A stretch of DNA of 39,491 nucleotides from Sphaeroforma arctica JP610 (taxonomy: Eukaryota): assembly GCF_001186125.1 (NCBI RefSeq), contig NW_014039966.1, forward strand, positions 18,205 through 57,695. The letters are read 5' to 3'. Below the pieces are notes generated by a model. The model had not been told where the DNA came from. It searched no databases and was given only the letters and a program-made list of their open reading frames with translations. Each line of letters opens with the position of its first letter. Within the stretch, counting starts at the first letter, position 1. The translations under genes were made by a program, and so were the position numbers. This document shows positions 12,549-24,486 of the stretch, in pieces.

Positions 12549-14004
12549 AAAGTGTCCAGTACCAAATGTGTGAAAGTATGCAGTATGTTATATGAAAGCT
12601 TTTTGGTCTCTCGTAATATTAAAATTTGAAACGTATGATAAATACACGTGTAAAACATGTGTCATACATTCATGTCAGAGCATCCTCATCATCATCAATC
12701 AATCAATGTGCCTTTATATATGTGAGTTCGACGCCTCGGCCTTGTTGTAGGCTTGTTGTGAGGATCGAACGTTGAAGTCCGAGGCCGAAAGGCGAAAGTT
12801 TGTACTGAACTCAAGTGAACTGCTGATTCCTGATCCGGCTGGCATCTTTTCAGTTTTTTTTTTCAAATAAATAACACTGTATCACTATCCGTTCTCATTT
12901 CTCAGTCACGTTAAATACACGTAAATATGTATTGCCGTTAATGTTTTTCAAAAAAACCAAAATCAATATTCTGTCTGATTTTATTTTATTTTAACAAAAA
13001 GAAGGCTACATACACATGATTTGAATTTTGGGGTTGTTGCATAAATATATTTGGTTTTTCTTTTCCAAACTACCAAAAATAAGAAACGAATGCACGACGC
13101 TGGTCGCCCGCCCGTTCGCCGGTGTGATGCCCTCTGGATTTGAGTCTGCTCTAAATTTACGATGTCGTCGGAAGTAACCTGATTTCTGCTCGAGACCCTA
13201 ATCCAGAGGGCCGTGCAATATTTACATGTATGTACAATCCAAGATTCCAACACGATTTTTTTTAAATATTTACAAGAGACTGAAGTGAAGACTGACAACT
13301 AAATAGAGAGAGAAAGAGAGACTCGACAAAAAATTATTATTTAAATATCACCCATGCAGTCAACTTCAACAGTCAAATTTTTTTTTAAATAGATACTGTT
13401 AACTGTATTTACATGAGATTTGTTAAGACTGCGACCACTATGCCTGCGACGCTCGCCTACGACCCGTTTTATTAGGGTTTTGCTAATTACATTTTAAATA
13501 CACCTATATTTAAGCAAATTAATCTCGAAAAAGTATAGGTATGAGACTGGTAAGAAATTGGGCCTGAGGTGGTTGATAATTTTATTGTTCCTTTTGAAAC
13601 AGAAAAATATACTAGAACCATGAACAGAAATAACTCTGAATTGGGGGTTTTTTTAAACAGAATAGTAGATTTTCAACTACCACAGAAAAGTCAAACTGTC
13701 AGAGTACAAAACCGTCAGTCCGCCACAGATAGGTATGTGACTACAGACTTAAGAGTTCAGAGTTCGTTCCTACTCACCAATAGAACTACTCTCATCAATA
13801 GAAGGAGTTTACCTCTAAGCTCTACAAGAACCCTTTTTTTAAATATATGTACAGGAAAGTGGGAAACAGGTTTCCGATTGTGTTTTTTTTTAAAGAGAAC
13901 ATTGTTTTGTTTTTGTTGGTCTTTGTTTTTTGTGTTTTATAAAATTTATTTATATATTTATTTTTAAAAACAAAACAAAAACAATAAAAACATCAATATG
14001 TCAA

Positions 14005-14356
14005 GGCGGTTCGGATGTGCTACTTTGGTTGAGAGACCCCCACTGGATTTTGGACTTACGACAATATAAGGACTAATAAATTTGGATTCATTTTTCAGAC
14101 ATTTGGGTCAATATTGACCTAAATATTTAACATACGTATATATATTTGAGAAGTGATGACTGTGCCCCTTGCGTAGCTATTGGCATAAATCGGCTCCAAA
14201 CAAAACAAAAATCGTACTTATGACGTATCGTTCTATGGGTTCTTATTGGTCCAAACGTTAGTACAGGTCAAAGTTGTTAGTCGTTAGTCCCTCCCCCCCC
14301 CCCCTTCGATTTTAGACCACCAAATGTCTAAACCAAAGTAGCACATCCAAACCGCC
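14005..14356. mobile_element. MITE / short non-autonomous DNA transposon (~350 bp)
   Basis: 26-bp terminal inverted repeats with one mismatch: ggcggttcggatgtgctactttggtt (14005-14030) and aaccaaagtagcacatccaaaccgcc (14331-14356). No coding capacity and no clean TSD. Confidence 0.75.
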
Positions 14357-14884
14357 CGAACAATTTTTTTACAATATTGTTTGTCTAGGGCTGGGGTCTG
14401 CAACTCTGCACTCTGCACTATTTAAAAATACTGTCATTTACAAATCGCTCTCAGCCTCTCACTAAGTCTCACCCCTCCAGAGTCCGGACGCAGAGTCACA
14501 GTGAGACTCATTAGTTGAAGTCTCGAGAAGTCGAGATATTTGTTCTTGAAGTCTCGAGTGTCGAGTGTCGAGTGTCGACTCTCGTCGTGAAATTATTTTT
14601 TTTTTAAATACAAAATAAGCTATATAGAGCCGGACTCTCGGACTCTCAGTGACTTGTCGTTTTCATTTTAAAAAAGTTGTTTCTCGTGTCGATATTCGAC
14701 AATGTCAATCTGACATTCGACAATTCCTCGTTACATACATGATGATACTCAGCATCCTGACACGCACAATGTAGAAAATTTAATATATAAAAATAGGAGT
14801 AAACGTATAATAGCAACAAAAAGAAATAAATAGTTACTTGGCAAGTTGGAATATATACTGTACAATGTACATTGACAATATCAC

Positions 14885-16454
14885 CACTAGTACCGCTGAA
14901 AAATTCTACGAATCGTAGGATTTCATACAAGAGCAGCCAAAAGGCGTCAAAAAAAAATGTACCAGGAAGGGGTACCCAGCGTTGAATCGTAGGATTTCTA
15001 ATTCCTAATTTTCATCAGACACGTTGTCCCTTAAAAATCAGGAAATTGTTTTTCATCCATTTTTATCTTTTGGACTTACTCTGCCCATTTGGATATGAAG
15101 CCTTAATAAATAGGGTAGAAATGAGTAAAAATGATCTAAAAGAGACTCTTAAGTTTCACAAGACGGTCTAAGAAAATTAAATTGCCACATATTTATTTCA
15201 ATAAAAATGAATTTTCTAATATTTTTTTGAAATCAGGTGATTTTTTCAAAATATTTTCTGAAACATACTGGGTTGTAGGGTTAATAAGGCTTACAGAGTG
15301 CATTATGTACTACTTATTGAAAATACATTAAGTTTTGTTTATTATGTATGTTTAGTTACAACACTGATACTATTGTAGGTGCAGTGGGCTGTGGGCCCCA
15401 CCCCGCCCACTGCAGTCCGCGGCAACCAGATACACCCGCGGTCCTTTTTGACTGCTGTTTTGTTTGGACAAAATCAACCCGGTCATCATTCTGTTCAGAA
15501 ACAACTACAGTTCGGTACACCGAGAAGGATGGCTAAATGACAGGTGCCATGAGGTGTCAAATAATGATTACCTCTGACAGGTATTATGAGCTGTCAAATA
15601 AGAAGTTCACCGCAATAAGTCATGCGTTTATAACTTACGTGTGACTATATATGCATAAGTGCTGTATATATAAAAACCCTCCGTAGAGGTGTTAATAAAG
15701 TTACTCTCCATTCAATATATTATGGTTCTATATTTTTAAACATGTTTTGTAGTGATGTGTAAGATAAAGGATCCCATCTGTTAACGTTGTAATCAACTCT
15801 AGCATAACTATCATCTTCTAATATGTAACTATCGTGAAATGCATATTGTTGCGGTTGCATCCCATTGAAGCAATCCATCAAATTGGGTTGTGTATAGGAT
15901 ACTATACGAGTTTGATAGCTGCGTGCAAGTATGTTGTGTTCTTGTGCTTTGTGCATCTAAAGCATTATTGCAAGTATCAAAATTACTTTGTTCGATACCC
16001 TGTATATGCGTATATTCGTGCTATGAAGGTAATGCCCTTGAGTAGAAATGTTGATATCTATGTTGGTTACGTCTTACCGTATCCGGTGAGGGGTTATCTA
16101 CCTTTAAACCAATGCTAACTAGCTATCTAAACGACTATTTACAGTACTTTTACACATAGGATACATATAGCTAGTAGTATGGCTATGTCTATTTGTTCGA
16201 GTTGCTGAGTTTGAATGATTGCTGTGAAGAAAGTTTTCGACGGATTGACATGTTTTGCATGTAGTTTTCAGCCAGAATTTTAGTGTCCTTCATTTGCAAC
16301 ACAGAGCATAGGCCTAAGACATTTCTAAACGGGTGTAAATAAGGGCCGAAGTTAAAGGCCTCAATATCCTACGATTCGTAGGATTTAGAAGAAGAAAAAG
16401 AGCCAAATTTTTAAAAAAAAATCCTACGATTCGTAGGATTTCTGGGTACTAGTG
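14885..16454. mobile_element. Non-autonomous CACTA (EnSpm/CMC) DNA transposon, ~1.57 kb
   Basis: Termini CACTAGTACC (14885) and GGTACTAGTG (ending 16454). Subterminal quasi-palindrome tcctacga(a/t)tcgtaggattt, whole or partial, at ~14905, ~14984, ~16367 and ~16422. No recognisable transposase inside. Confidence 0.78.
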
Positions 16455-16499
16455 ATATATGAAAAAGTATAAGAAGTATTCTGTGTAACTTAAAACTTA

Positions 16500-19400
16500 T
16501 ACATGTCTAGTTCTGCTCATGTTCAGCATCTAAACGGATCTACAAAATGTAGATAATAAACTATATGTAACTAGGTGGAGGAAAACCCGGTATAGGTTTC
16601 TATTAGACTGAGTTGACGATGAGTCATGCTTAAAAACCCCAGACCGAGGATATTGCGGAACCATGATACACTGCGGGCGGTCTCTGATGAAGCAACATAC
16701 TCAGTCTCCGATGAGATAGGTGCGGTGGTGCGCTGCTTTTGCGAATTCCAGAAGATGTATGTACCGATAAAGCGCGGGCCAGTACCTGATAAAAATCTCC
16801 CTGTCGCTGTCGGTGTAGGCAACTAGTGGGTCGGCATCAGTAGTTCGACGAGTATAGACAAGCGCATAGTGGCGAGTAGAGCCGGTAATTGCGCACTGCA
16901 TGATGTTTGTGATGAATATATATGCAATGATAAGCGTAGGCGATGCTCAACGTGTGGCAGTGCGTGTAAGAAGTGCAAGTGTGCATGCAGCGGGTTGATT
17001 GGCACTAGAAAACGTGGTCAAAAGAAGGGATCAACTAAGGTAGTCCACGAGGTAGAGCGTGTATCATCAGGCCGTTCTTCAGCTAAAAGAGCACATATAG
17101 ATATTGCTGAGAATATCTGTGCGCTTGATACCCCAACACGCAATGCCAGTGCGTCAACTGAGATAATATAAACATTGTCACAATCAGCGCTAGTAATAAT
17201 ACCCGCATAAATACAATAGCAGGTATTTCAATGGCATTTGGCTGGAGCCGTAACTCTAGGAAGGCACTGTTCAGTGCAGATTTACGTACGCACAACATGG
17301 AATTGCAGACAACACATCCGCACGGATAGAGCTGTATGTATTAAATCGTGCTTAAGGCTTCAAAACATATAGCGCATATAGTGTATAGAGCAGACACGGA
17401 CGTTTTGTTGAGCGATGTTGCTACTTTTCTGGGTGCTAGTGATAATGCGTCTAAAGACCCTAACAAAACCGTAGGTAGACGAGAATTAAATAGTATTGTA
17501 GATGTATTTAATAGAGCCCCAAGAACTCCTTGCAAAAGAGGGTTACTCGGGTCATACTAGTGAAAACACTCGCTAGTAAAAGTAATAGATCGTTAGAAGC
17601 AGTGGGGCGAACTGACTTATCACGGGATGTAAGTTATTGAGACTGAACTACAATGGATGCTGACAATGCTCTAGATGTTGTAAAATACAGCAAAGCAAAA
17701 TTTAACGAAGCACACCTAGAAGCTGCTATTGTATTAGCTCTTGCTTTCGGAAGACAATGTATGTTTAATATCATGGGGTACAAAGCCTATAAGGATTGGG
17801 CATGACGAAGTTATAACATTGCCTTCACTCACACACCGTAAACCTGCAGAGGTTCTATATAAGGACTGTCTAGTGTCGGTTGACGAAGATGATCACATAG
17901 GTAAAACTAGTTTCATGAAGGTAGTACTCTCTATTACCAACAATGATGAGAATATTACAAAAGCGGTGGGCTATGTGACGGGAGGTCTAGTAACGGATGC
18001 AAACAATAATAGAGGACTTCGCCGAAACCCAACAGAGCGCTCACGGCTAGCAAACTTAGTAGACCTCGGCAGGACGTTTATTCAAAAAAAAAAAAATTTA
18101 TTTAGATCACCACGTAATCAAGGAGGATGTGGTTAACCCACACGGATTAGAGTATGCACTTATGAACCCGGACAAAAATGTACCTATAAAAGATGATGAG
18201 TGCAACGGATGCAAAATTTTGCCCTGGGTAGTCTCCCAAATAAAGGGAACTGTAAGGCGGAGCGCATTTTTGGTGCCGATGTTCAGTAAGATGTTTTGGA
18301 TGTATTGGAGGTGTGTCGCGATAAGTTGGAGATCTACACGGGTCATCGCACCAGAGTCAAAAAGCAGCAATATCACTATGATAAAATACTCGACGACATG
18401 CATGATCATTGCCTACAAAAGAAAGGCAGTACAGAACTCTTCACATTCATAGACTGGAAGATGAAGTTCGACCCCATATCATCTAGAGACACAACTTACG
18501 AGCACTATGGACAACGTTACATGGGTTGGCATGGGTGTATGTCAATGTACTTTGAATTCAAAGAGTGGGAGGAAGAAGTGGACAACGGATAGATGATACA
18601 AAAGCAGGGATCAATACGTCATATTGCGTATGGTGATCAAATATTGGAAGGGAGAATAAGCAGGATTTTTCGTCTGTGTATTCGATGATAGAGACATATC
18701 TTTACGCCATCAAGAAACGTCTGCCGCATACTAAAACGATAGTGGGTGTGCCATTCTCATCGTGCTTTCTGGTCAGCACATATTTGAAGTGAATATACAT
18801 GTGTTGGCTGGGACGGATGCAAGGGTGATGACATCGGCCAAGTCATTTTTGATTTGTGCTGCGTGTTCTTTTGCAATAGAGGTCAGGTGTTGGATTTATG
18901 TGCCTGCTTTACACAGCGTGGCAGCGTGAAGGCGAGAAAGATGTGAAATACGGCCTCTGTTCTGTTTGAAATATCAAGATCAAATGAGATAACACATTGG
19001 TTTTTATTGTATTTGAAAATAATTCAATACAAGTTTTTTTCTTTTTCTTCTTCCACTATTTCCAAAGTGTTCTAAATTGACTTTGATGGCTCCAATAGCC
19101 TGAGTATTTGGTAGGACTCATTTACTTGGACCTATTTGAGACATTAGTACATGCGGGATATTACAAATACAATTATATTATCTCTGAACTGCTAATATAA
19201 TTTTTGGTCCTCCCACCAATCTACAAAATCCAATAAGTTTTTGTTTTTTTTACTTTTCTTCAGACGGAATTTTATTTATAATAGCTAATGTATTAACGTG
19301 ACTGACATTCTTATGCCTATGATCTATCTACAAAATAGGCATGGGGTCATGAACACGTAGTGCTTCTACTAAAAATTATCCAATAAAGAACAGCTAGAGG

Positions 19401-22400
19401 TACGCCCTGTGTGATCGAGGATATTAAGGCTCTTACCAAGAGGTAGTCCCGATCATTTTCACACAAGCCACCACTGGTAAATGTTAACTGACTTACATTT
19501 GTTAACATAGTTTGAAACATAGTGAATAATATCCATCGAAGTTTGCAAGGTCGAGCAATTCGAGGGGTGTAATGATAGTGAGATCACCAGTGGTGGCCGA
19601 TCGAGCAGAGAGAAATGGGGTGTTAGGGAAAATGAAATGAGCAGTATACTTACTGAGATCTACAGGGAAGCTGAGGCCGTCGTCGAAGGTTGTGACGGAC
19701 GAGTGTGAGCCAGTGGATCGGGGTGAGCGGGGAGAGTCGAATGGGTCGTCTGTGTCCGTGTGATAAGAGCCATCGAAAGCCGTAGTTGACATAGCATCCA
19801 CAGGGATGTGTGGAGATGGTAGAGGCGGGCTCTGCTCAGCAAGCGTGGGCTGAACAGACGTTGGCGCCATCGATCATCCAGATAGCCCTGGAAATCGGTA
19901 AGAAACCCTTAGGAGTAGTGTACTTAAATAATAAACTGCTTATGGAAGGATCAAAAGTAGGGGGGATGGGAGCTTCTACTGAAGTAACGGGAGGGGTGGG
20001 GCCGATTGCTGGGAGAGCCAAAGGTAATGGAGGAGTCAGGGAAAGAGGTGGGAGATATGGTGTCTGTGTGATGTATGTCGGTGCAACGGGATGAGAGTGC
20101 ACAGAAGGAGGGGCGAGAGTTTTACAGAGGCACAGCGGCAGTCGAAGATTCGTGGCATGTGTCTGTGGGAGGTGATGTAGAAGCATCGGTGGATGGCGTA
20201 GGAGGGACGTGTGGCACAACAGCGGTGAGTGGGGAGTCCAACTCATACCAATTTGTCGGAAACCCATATCCAGATGGTATAGTGGTATGTGTGTATCGCT
20301 TACCTGTCACATTCCACTGCGGCAGTTGCGTCAGGTACAGATTTGACTTTGCGAGAGCAGGTTGCCGTTGAGTGGCAAAGTTTTGATATTCTGCGTGTCG
20401 GGTGTGCAGTTGGGCTCCCGACCGAGAAAAACACCAGATCCATGGAGAGCCATACTTGTGGGCGCTTTTGGCTTTGACACCAGACTGCTTGAACATGACC
20501 ACGCACCCATATCATACTTCAGAAAATTATGGTGCAGTTGTACCGTGCCACTTATCGGACTGTAAGTGTAGTCGTTCATTTGCTGCTAGGTTCTCGTTTC
20601 GAATCATATCGGCATGGGCCTTGGCATGTGCTCAAAGTGAAACCGGTCGGAGGGAGTCAATGGGCAGAATAGTGGTGAGTTCATTCAAGGTGCGGTGTGG
20701 ACATTCCACCTTATCATGGAGTTGTGGAGTGTGCGCGAGCGATTTGCGAAGAGACATACCACGGGATATCGCGAGTCTTTTGACTTTGGAAAACAATGTC
20801 GCCGTCTGCAAAAACGGTGTGAGGTTTGTAGTGGGCCGGAATCTGCACCAGAAGAGCTAGGAGCGCCTTGGTCATGTCGGCTTTGTCGGGGGCCATTACA
20901 AAACATGTTAAGAGCAGCACAGCGGTTGCCGCAAGGGTCTTTAGACATCGGCCCCTGGAGATCATCATTAGATTGTCCCCCAGGGCCGTAGACAGAGTCC
21001 GGGATTGCGTGCTTAACTGGCTTTCTCCTCAGTTTGCCCTCTTGACAGACGGGGGAACTCTGGGTGGGCACGTGTGTAGGTAATGGCAGTAAGGAGGTTA
21101 AGACTGGGGGCGACAGCTAAGCGAAGGGGTCGTAGCAAAGCAACAAGGGTATACACCCATGTTAACTTGCCGACGGACGTTTTGCCCGTACCAACGAAAC
21201 CTAGTCGCCGTGTTATGTATGATGTAAACCTCACGCTGAATACGTGAACGAAAAGCAGCCGCCAGGCTGCACACAGGCGCAATGGAACACAGATGGCGAT
21301 AACAGTGCCCAAGCGAATGTTAAGTTCGATGAGATCATGTATATCAAGACCATCGAGAGTTGCCATAGACCCGTTCGTGATGATGGTCAACTTTGGTGTA
21401 ACAGCTAATGAGGCCGTTCTCCGGGCCAGCGAAACGCAGGAGTTGGGCGTTCGAAGTAGAAGCACAAACGTCAATCGTAGAAGAATACTGGAGAAAATTC
21501 ACAGCTTTGCGCCAGTCGATGCGATTTAGAATCCATGCCTCGGTGGTGACCATTAGAGGAGGCGGATTCATTAACGTGATGTTATCCTCGGCTGCCATGC
21601 CGAGGACGATATTCATCGTAAGGATTAGTGACATCTGCGCTGGGAGACGTAGAGGGTAGTAGGGCCGTGCTGGATGACAGAATAGCGGCAGGTGACGTAG
21701 GTGTAGAATTAATTAGCGCCGTGCCGGTAGGAGGCAAGGCAGGAGTGGACAATAGATTAGATGGTGCCGGACGAGAGGTGGATGACGAGCTGTGAGTCGG
21801 AGCAGGAGCTTCGCGGGGAGAATAGGGTTAGCGTCTTTGAGACGACCAGATTGAGGTACGATGATGTGTCATAAATAGTTGAAGTGTTGAGTAAAAGACG
21901 TGATAGCAGCCGTTGATTCAGGAGATATGAAGTGATATAGCGCCGTGTGAAATCTCACATTCAAAAGCAACTATGCTAAATCCCATGATCCTGCAACCTA
22001 TTTTGAGAAACAAGTGGTTGTTTCAAAGAGGGATCAAGGTAAGTGAGCCTCAGAACAGGAAAGATTCCACGTTCGGGGATGACTTTCTCGGAGTTATCAG
22101 CAAGTATTAATGTAAAATGGCCTTTTTCTACCGAAAATAATAAATTGCGTGCGCTGGTGTTAAAGTAATTTAAACAGCACGCCCCCCCCCCCCCCCCCCA
22201 CCCACACACACATCAATAAGCATAGCGGCATTTGTTCTGTGCTTGGTGTGGTCAACAGTAATACGAGCGACAAAGAATAACGAATGCTGTTTTTAATAAA
22301 GCGGCGTCCACAACATATGTTATTGTACCCCATTTTGCTACATATTGCACATTGTAGGAAGCCGGCAGTGCAATTGGCGTTTTTGTGGCCTTTCGTTTCA

Positions 22401-23390
22401 CAGTGTCGACAGCCAATGGAGCATTTGAACGAGTGGTGGGTGTACTTCCAGCAGACAAAACATGTCTGAGAATGATCAGGGCGGCGGGCGACTTCGAGTC
22501 GAACGGCAGTAGCACGACATGCACGTTGGGCAGCCGTAAGATACTCCGAGTCGGCGTTGTACCATTTGTCGATCAGGTCACAGAACACAATAGACGTGAG
22601 AGTGGCGCGAAGGGCCTTATCCGTCATATATTGCCGTGCCTGCTCCTGGTCTTCTTGAGAAAGGCCAGTGAGGGAACATTAGCTGATGAAGTTTTCAGTA
22701 AAAAGCAATCCTTGGAGTTCCGTATCTGATTAAAGCTTCTTGCAGCGAATAACCCAAGCCCGGGAATCTTCCTCGAGCCCTACCTGGCTGCGGTTGTGTC
22801 TATAGAGCTGAACATGGTCGAAGAAATAAATTCAGACTAGAAAAACAAGCCCATAACCTATAAAGTCTATTAATCTTTAATCCGAACAACTAACCTTTTA
22901 TACGTTTTGGTTTAGCACCAGGAATAGGAAGCGGTTTGAGAAGTTCGTAATAGTTTAAGATGGGGTTGAGATGCCATTCATAATCACCTAGAGCGGCGAG
23001 ATACAGATCAGTATCCCAGCGATCGTAGTTCTCGCCAGAGAGGGTGAGGCGTGCCTATTTGATGCGTGTGAAGCCTGCGGTCGGTCTGTAGAGCTGAGCA
23101 TGGTCAAAGAAAGCGGTCGAAGAAATTTAATCAGTAGAGGTGCGCATGGTCGAAGAAATGAATTTGGACTAGAAAAATAAGCCCATAACCTAATAAAGTC
23201 TATTATTCCTTATCGGATCTAATATAATATAATATATATTTATACAAAAAGAATGAGAAAAATATCTTGTGTGTATGTCTAGTTTTGCTCATGTTCAGTA
23301 TTTAAGGACTATGTAGATGACAAAACAATATGTAACTAGGTGGAAAATCCCCCGGTTTAGGTTTCTAGTAAACTGAGTTGATGATGAGCT
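16500..23390 (-). mobile_element. Decayed Ty1/Copia LTR retrotransposon (copy 1)
   Basis: Diverged direct repeats at ~16503-16625 and ~23275-23390. PBS GGTTATGGGC on the minus strand at 23181-23190. Minus-strand domain order: gag N-terminus (LTLSGENYDRW, ~23050), three Zn knuckles (~22300-22450), integrase (CQEGKLRRKP...DLQGPM, ~21070-20300), RT start (~18850-18740) and RNase H (LVAYTDSD; WNSQKQ...SSETEYVA...WFRNIL, 16630-16885). Integrase before RT is Copia order. Many stops, frameshifts and deletions. Confidence 0.8.
16886..18743 (+). mobile_element. Degenerate DNA-transposase fragment, probably Sola3-like, inside Copia copy 1
   Basis: Frameshifted ORF pieces with a Cys-rich N-terminus (CSTCGSACKKCKCAC), SWGTK...ITLP...IGKTSF...IT...AVGYV, DWKMKFDPISSRDTTYEHYGQRYMGWHG (cf. 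the DWAMKFLP..RE....FGKRG.SWH block) and ENKQD. Ends before the second catalytic Asp; no TIRs seen. The superfamily call is from motif recall only. Confidence 0.6.
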
Positions 23391-24486
23391 TAGTTTTTGA
23401 CACTCAGGCACTGCCACTGGCAGTCTGACACTATGCCACTGGCAGTCTGGCACTGTACCACTGTGACCCTCATAACGTTTTTACATTGCAACGTAAACAA
23501 TGATCAGTTCAATATACGTTACCTGTAAGTTTTGAGTGGTGTCGAATTTGAAATCCCAAGTCAAGCATGAAGTTTGATTTCGCCCTGACATTTCGGCACT
23601 ATCACTCTCGGTTGGTTAATGGCTTTTGGGTTTAGGGTTCAATTAGTTATATCACTTGTACCGCGTTTCACGTTGCTCAATTTTTAGAGAGTTACGCTTC
23701 CGTGCCCAGAAAGCATATATTTAGAAAAATAAAGGTGCAATGTTGTCGCGGTTACACCGCTCTGTATAAAAAAAGGTCATTCCCGGCCCTTGTTAGTTGT
23801 CCTTAAAATATAGGAACCACCAGGGTTCTCTATAGTTGTCCTACATATGAGACTTATAATTACACCAATATACACTAATTTTTTTTGGTATATTTACGAC
23901 AAATATACAATAAAAAATAGTTCTTCCACGTCCAACGAATAATGGACTTCATTAGGTTATGGGCTGTAAAGCTGTAGTTTATTTTATTCGAAAGTAACCA
24001 TGGTCCCCCATCTTACCAGAATCGCAAACTCTGGGAAGAACTTTCATTCGTTGGTGACAAATACGACGACTGGCGTGATAATCTGTACATGGCCGCTGCA
24101 ACTTCCTTTAATAAATACTACTTAAATCAAGTCCTCCACTTCAAGGTTCCTGATGGTACCCTTGATACTGACTTTGAGACCCCTCGTGGTCATTCCCAAT
24201 CTCGCGGCTGAACCCCTGGAAACATCTGATCCCACACATTTAGTTGTGTGAATACACAGAAATAAAAATGAATCAATATATTATTCGCATCAAGAACATT
24301 AAATCGTACATTCTTCCTCGGGCGATACTCTATACTTCTCATTTACTTGAATGGACTTTCAATAAAATCAAAGGCTCTCCTTCGGGACCCCTGGACACAT
24401 TCCTATGTCAACTGGACACTCAATATTGCTACAAGTATACAAAAATATTTTCTCCTGTCAATCTTGCACACTTTCATGCATTTAGA

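Noticed and set aside
12770..12800. Hammerhead ribozyme (gccgaaaggcgaaa)
   Set aside because: No CUGAnGA core 5' of the stem; kept only as a generic structured-RNA candidate.
13569..13967. 132-aa ORF
   Set aside because: AT-rich and low-complexity, with no recognisable motif or splice context.
19502..20267. Pro/Ser/Thr-rich ORFs as a host mucin-like gene
   Set aside because: They lie in the integrase-RT linker position of Copia copy 1, which is typically low-complexity.
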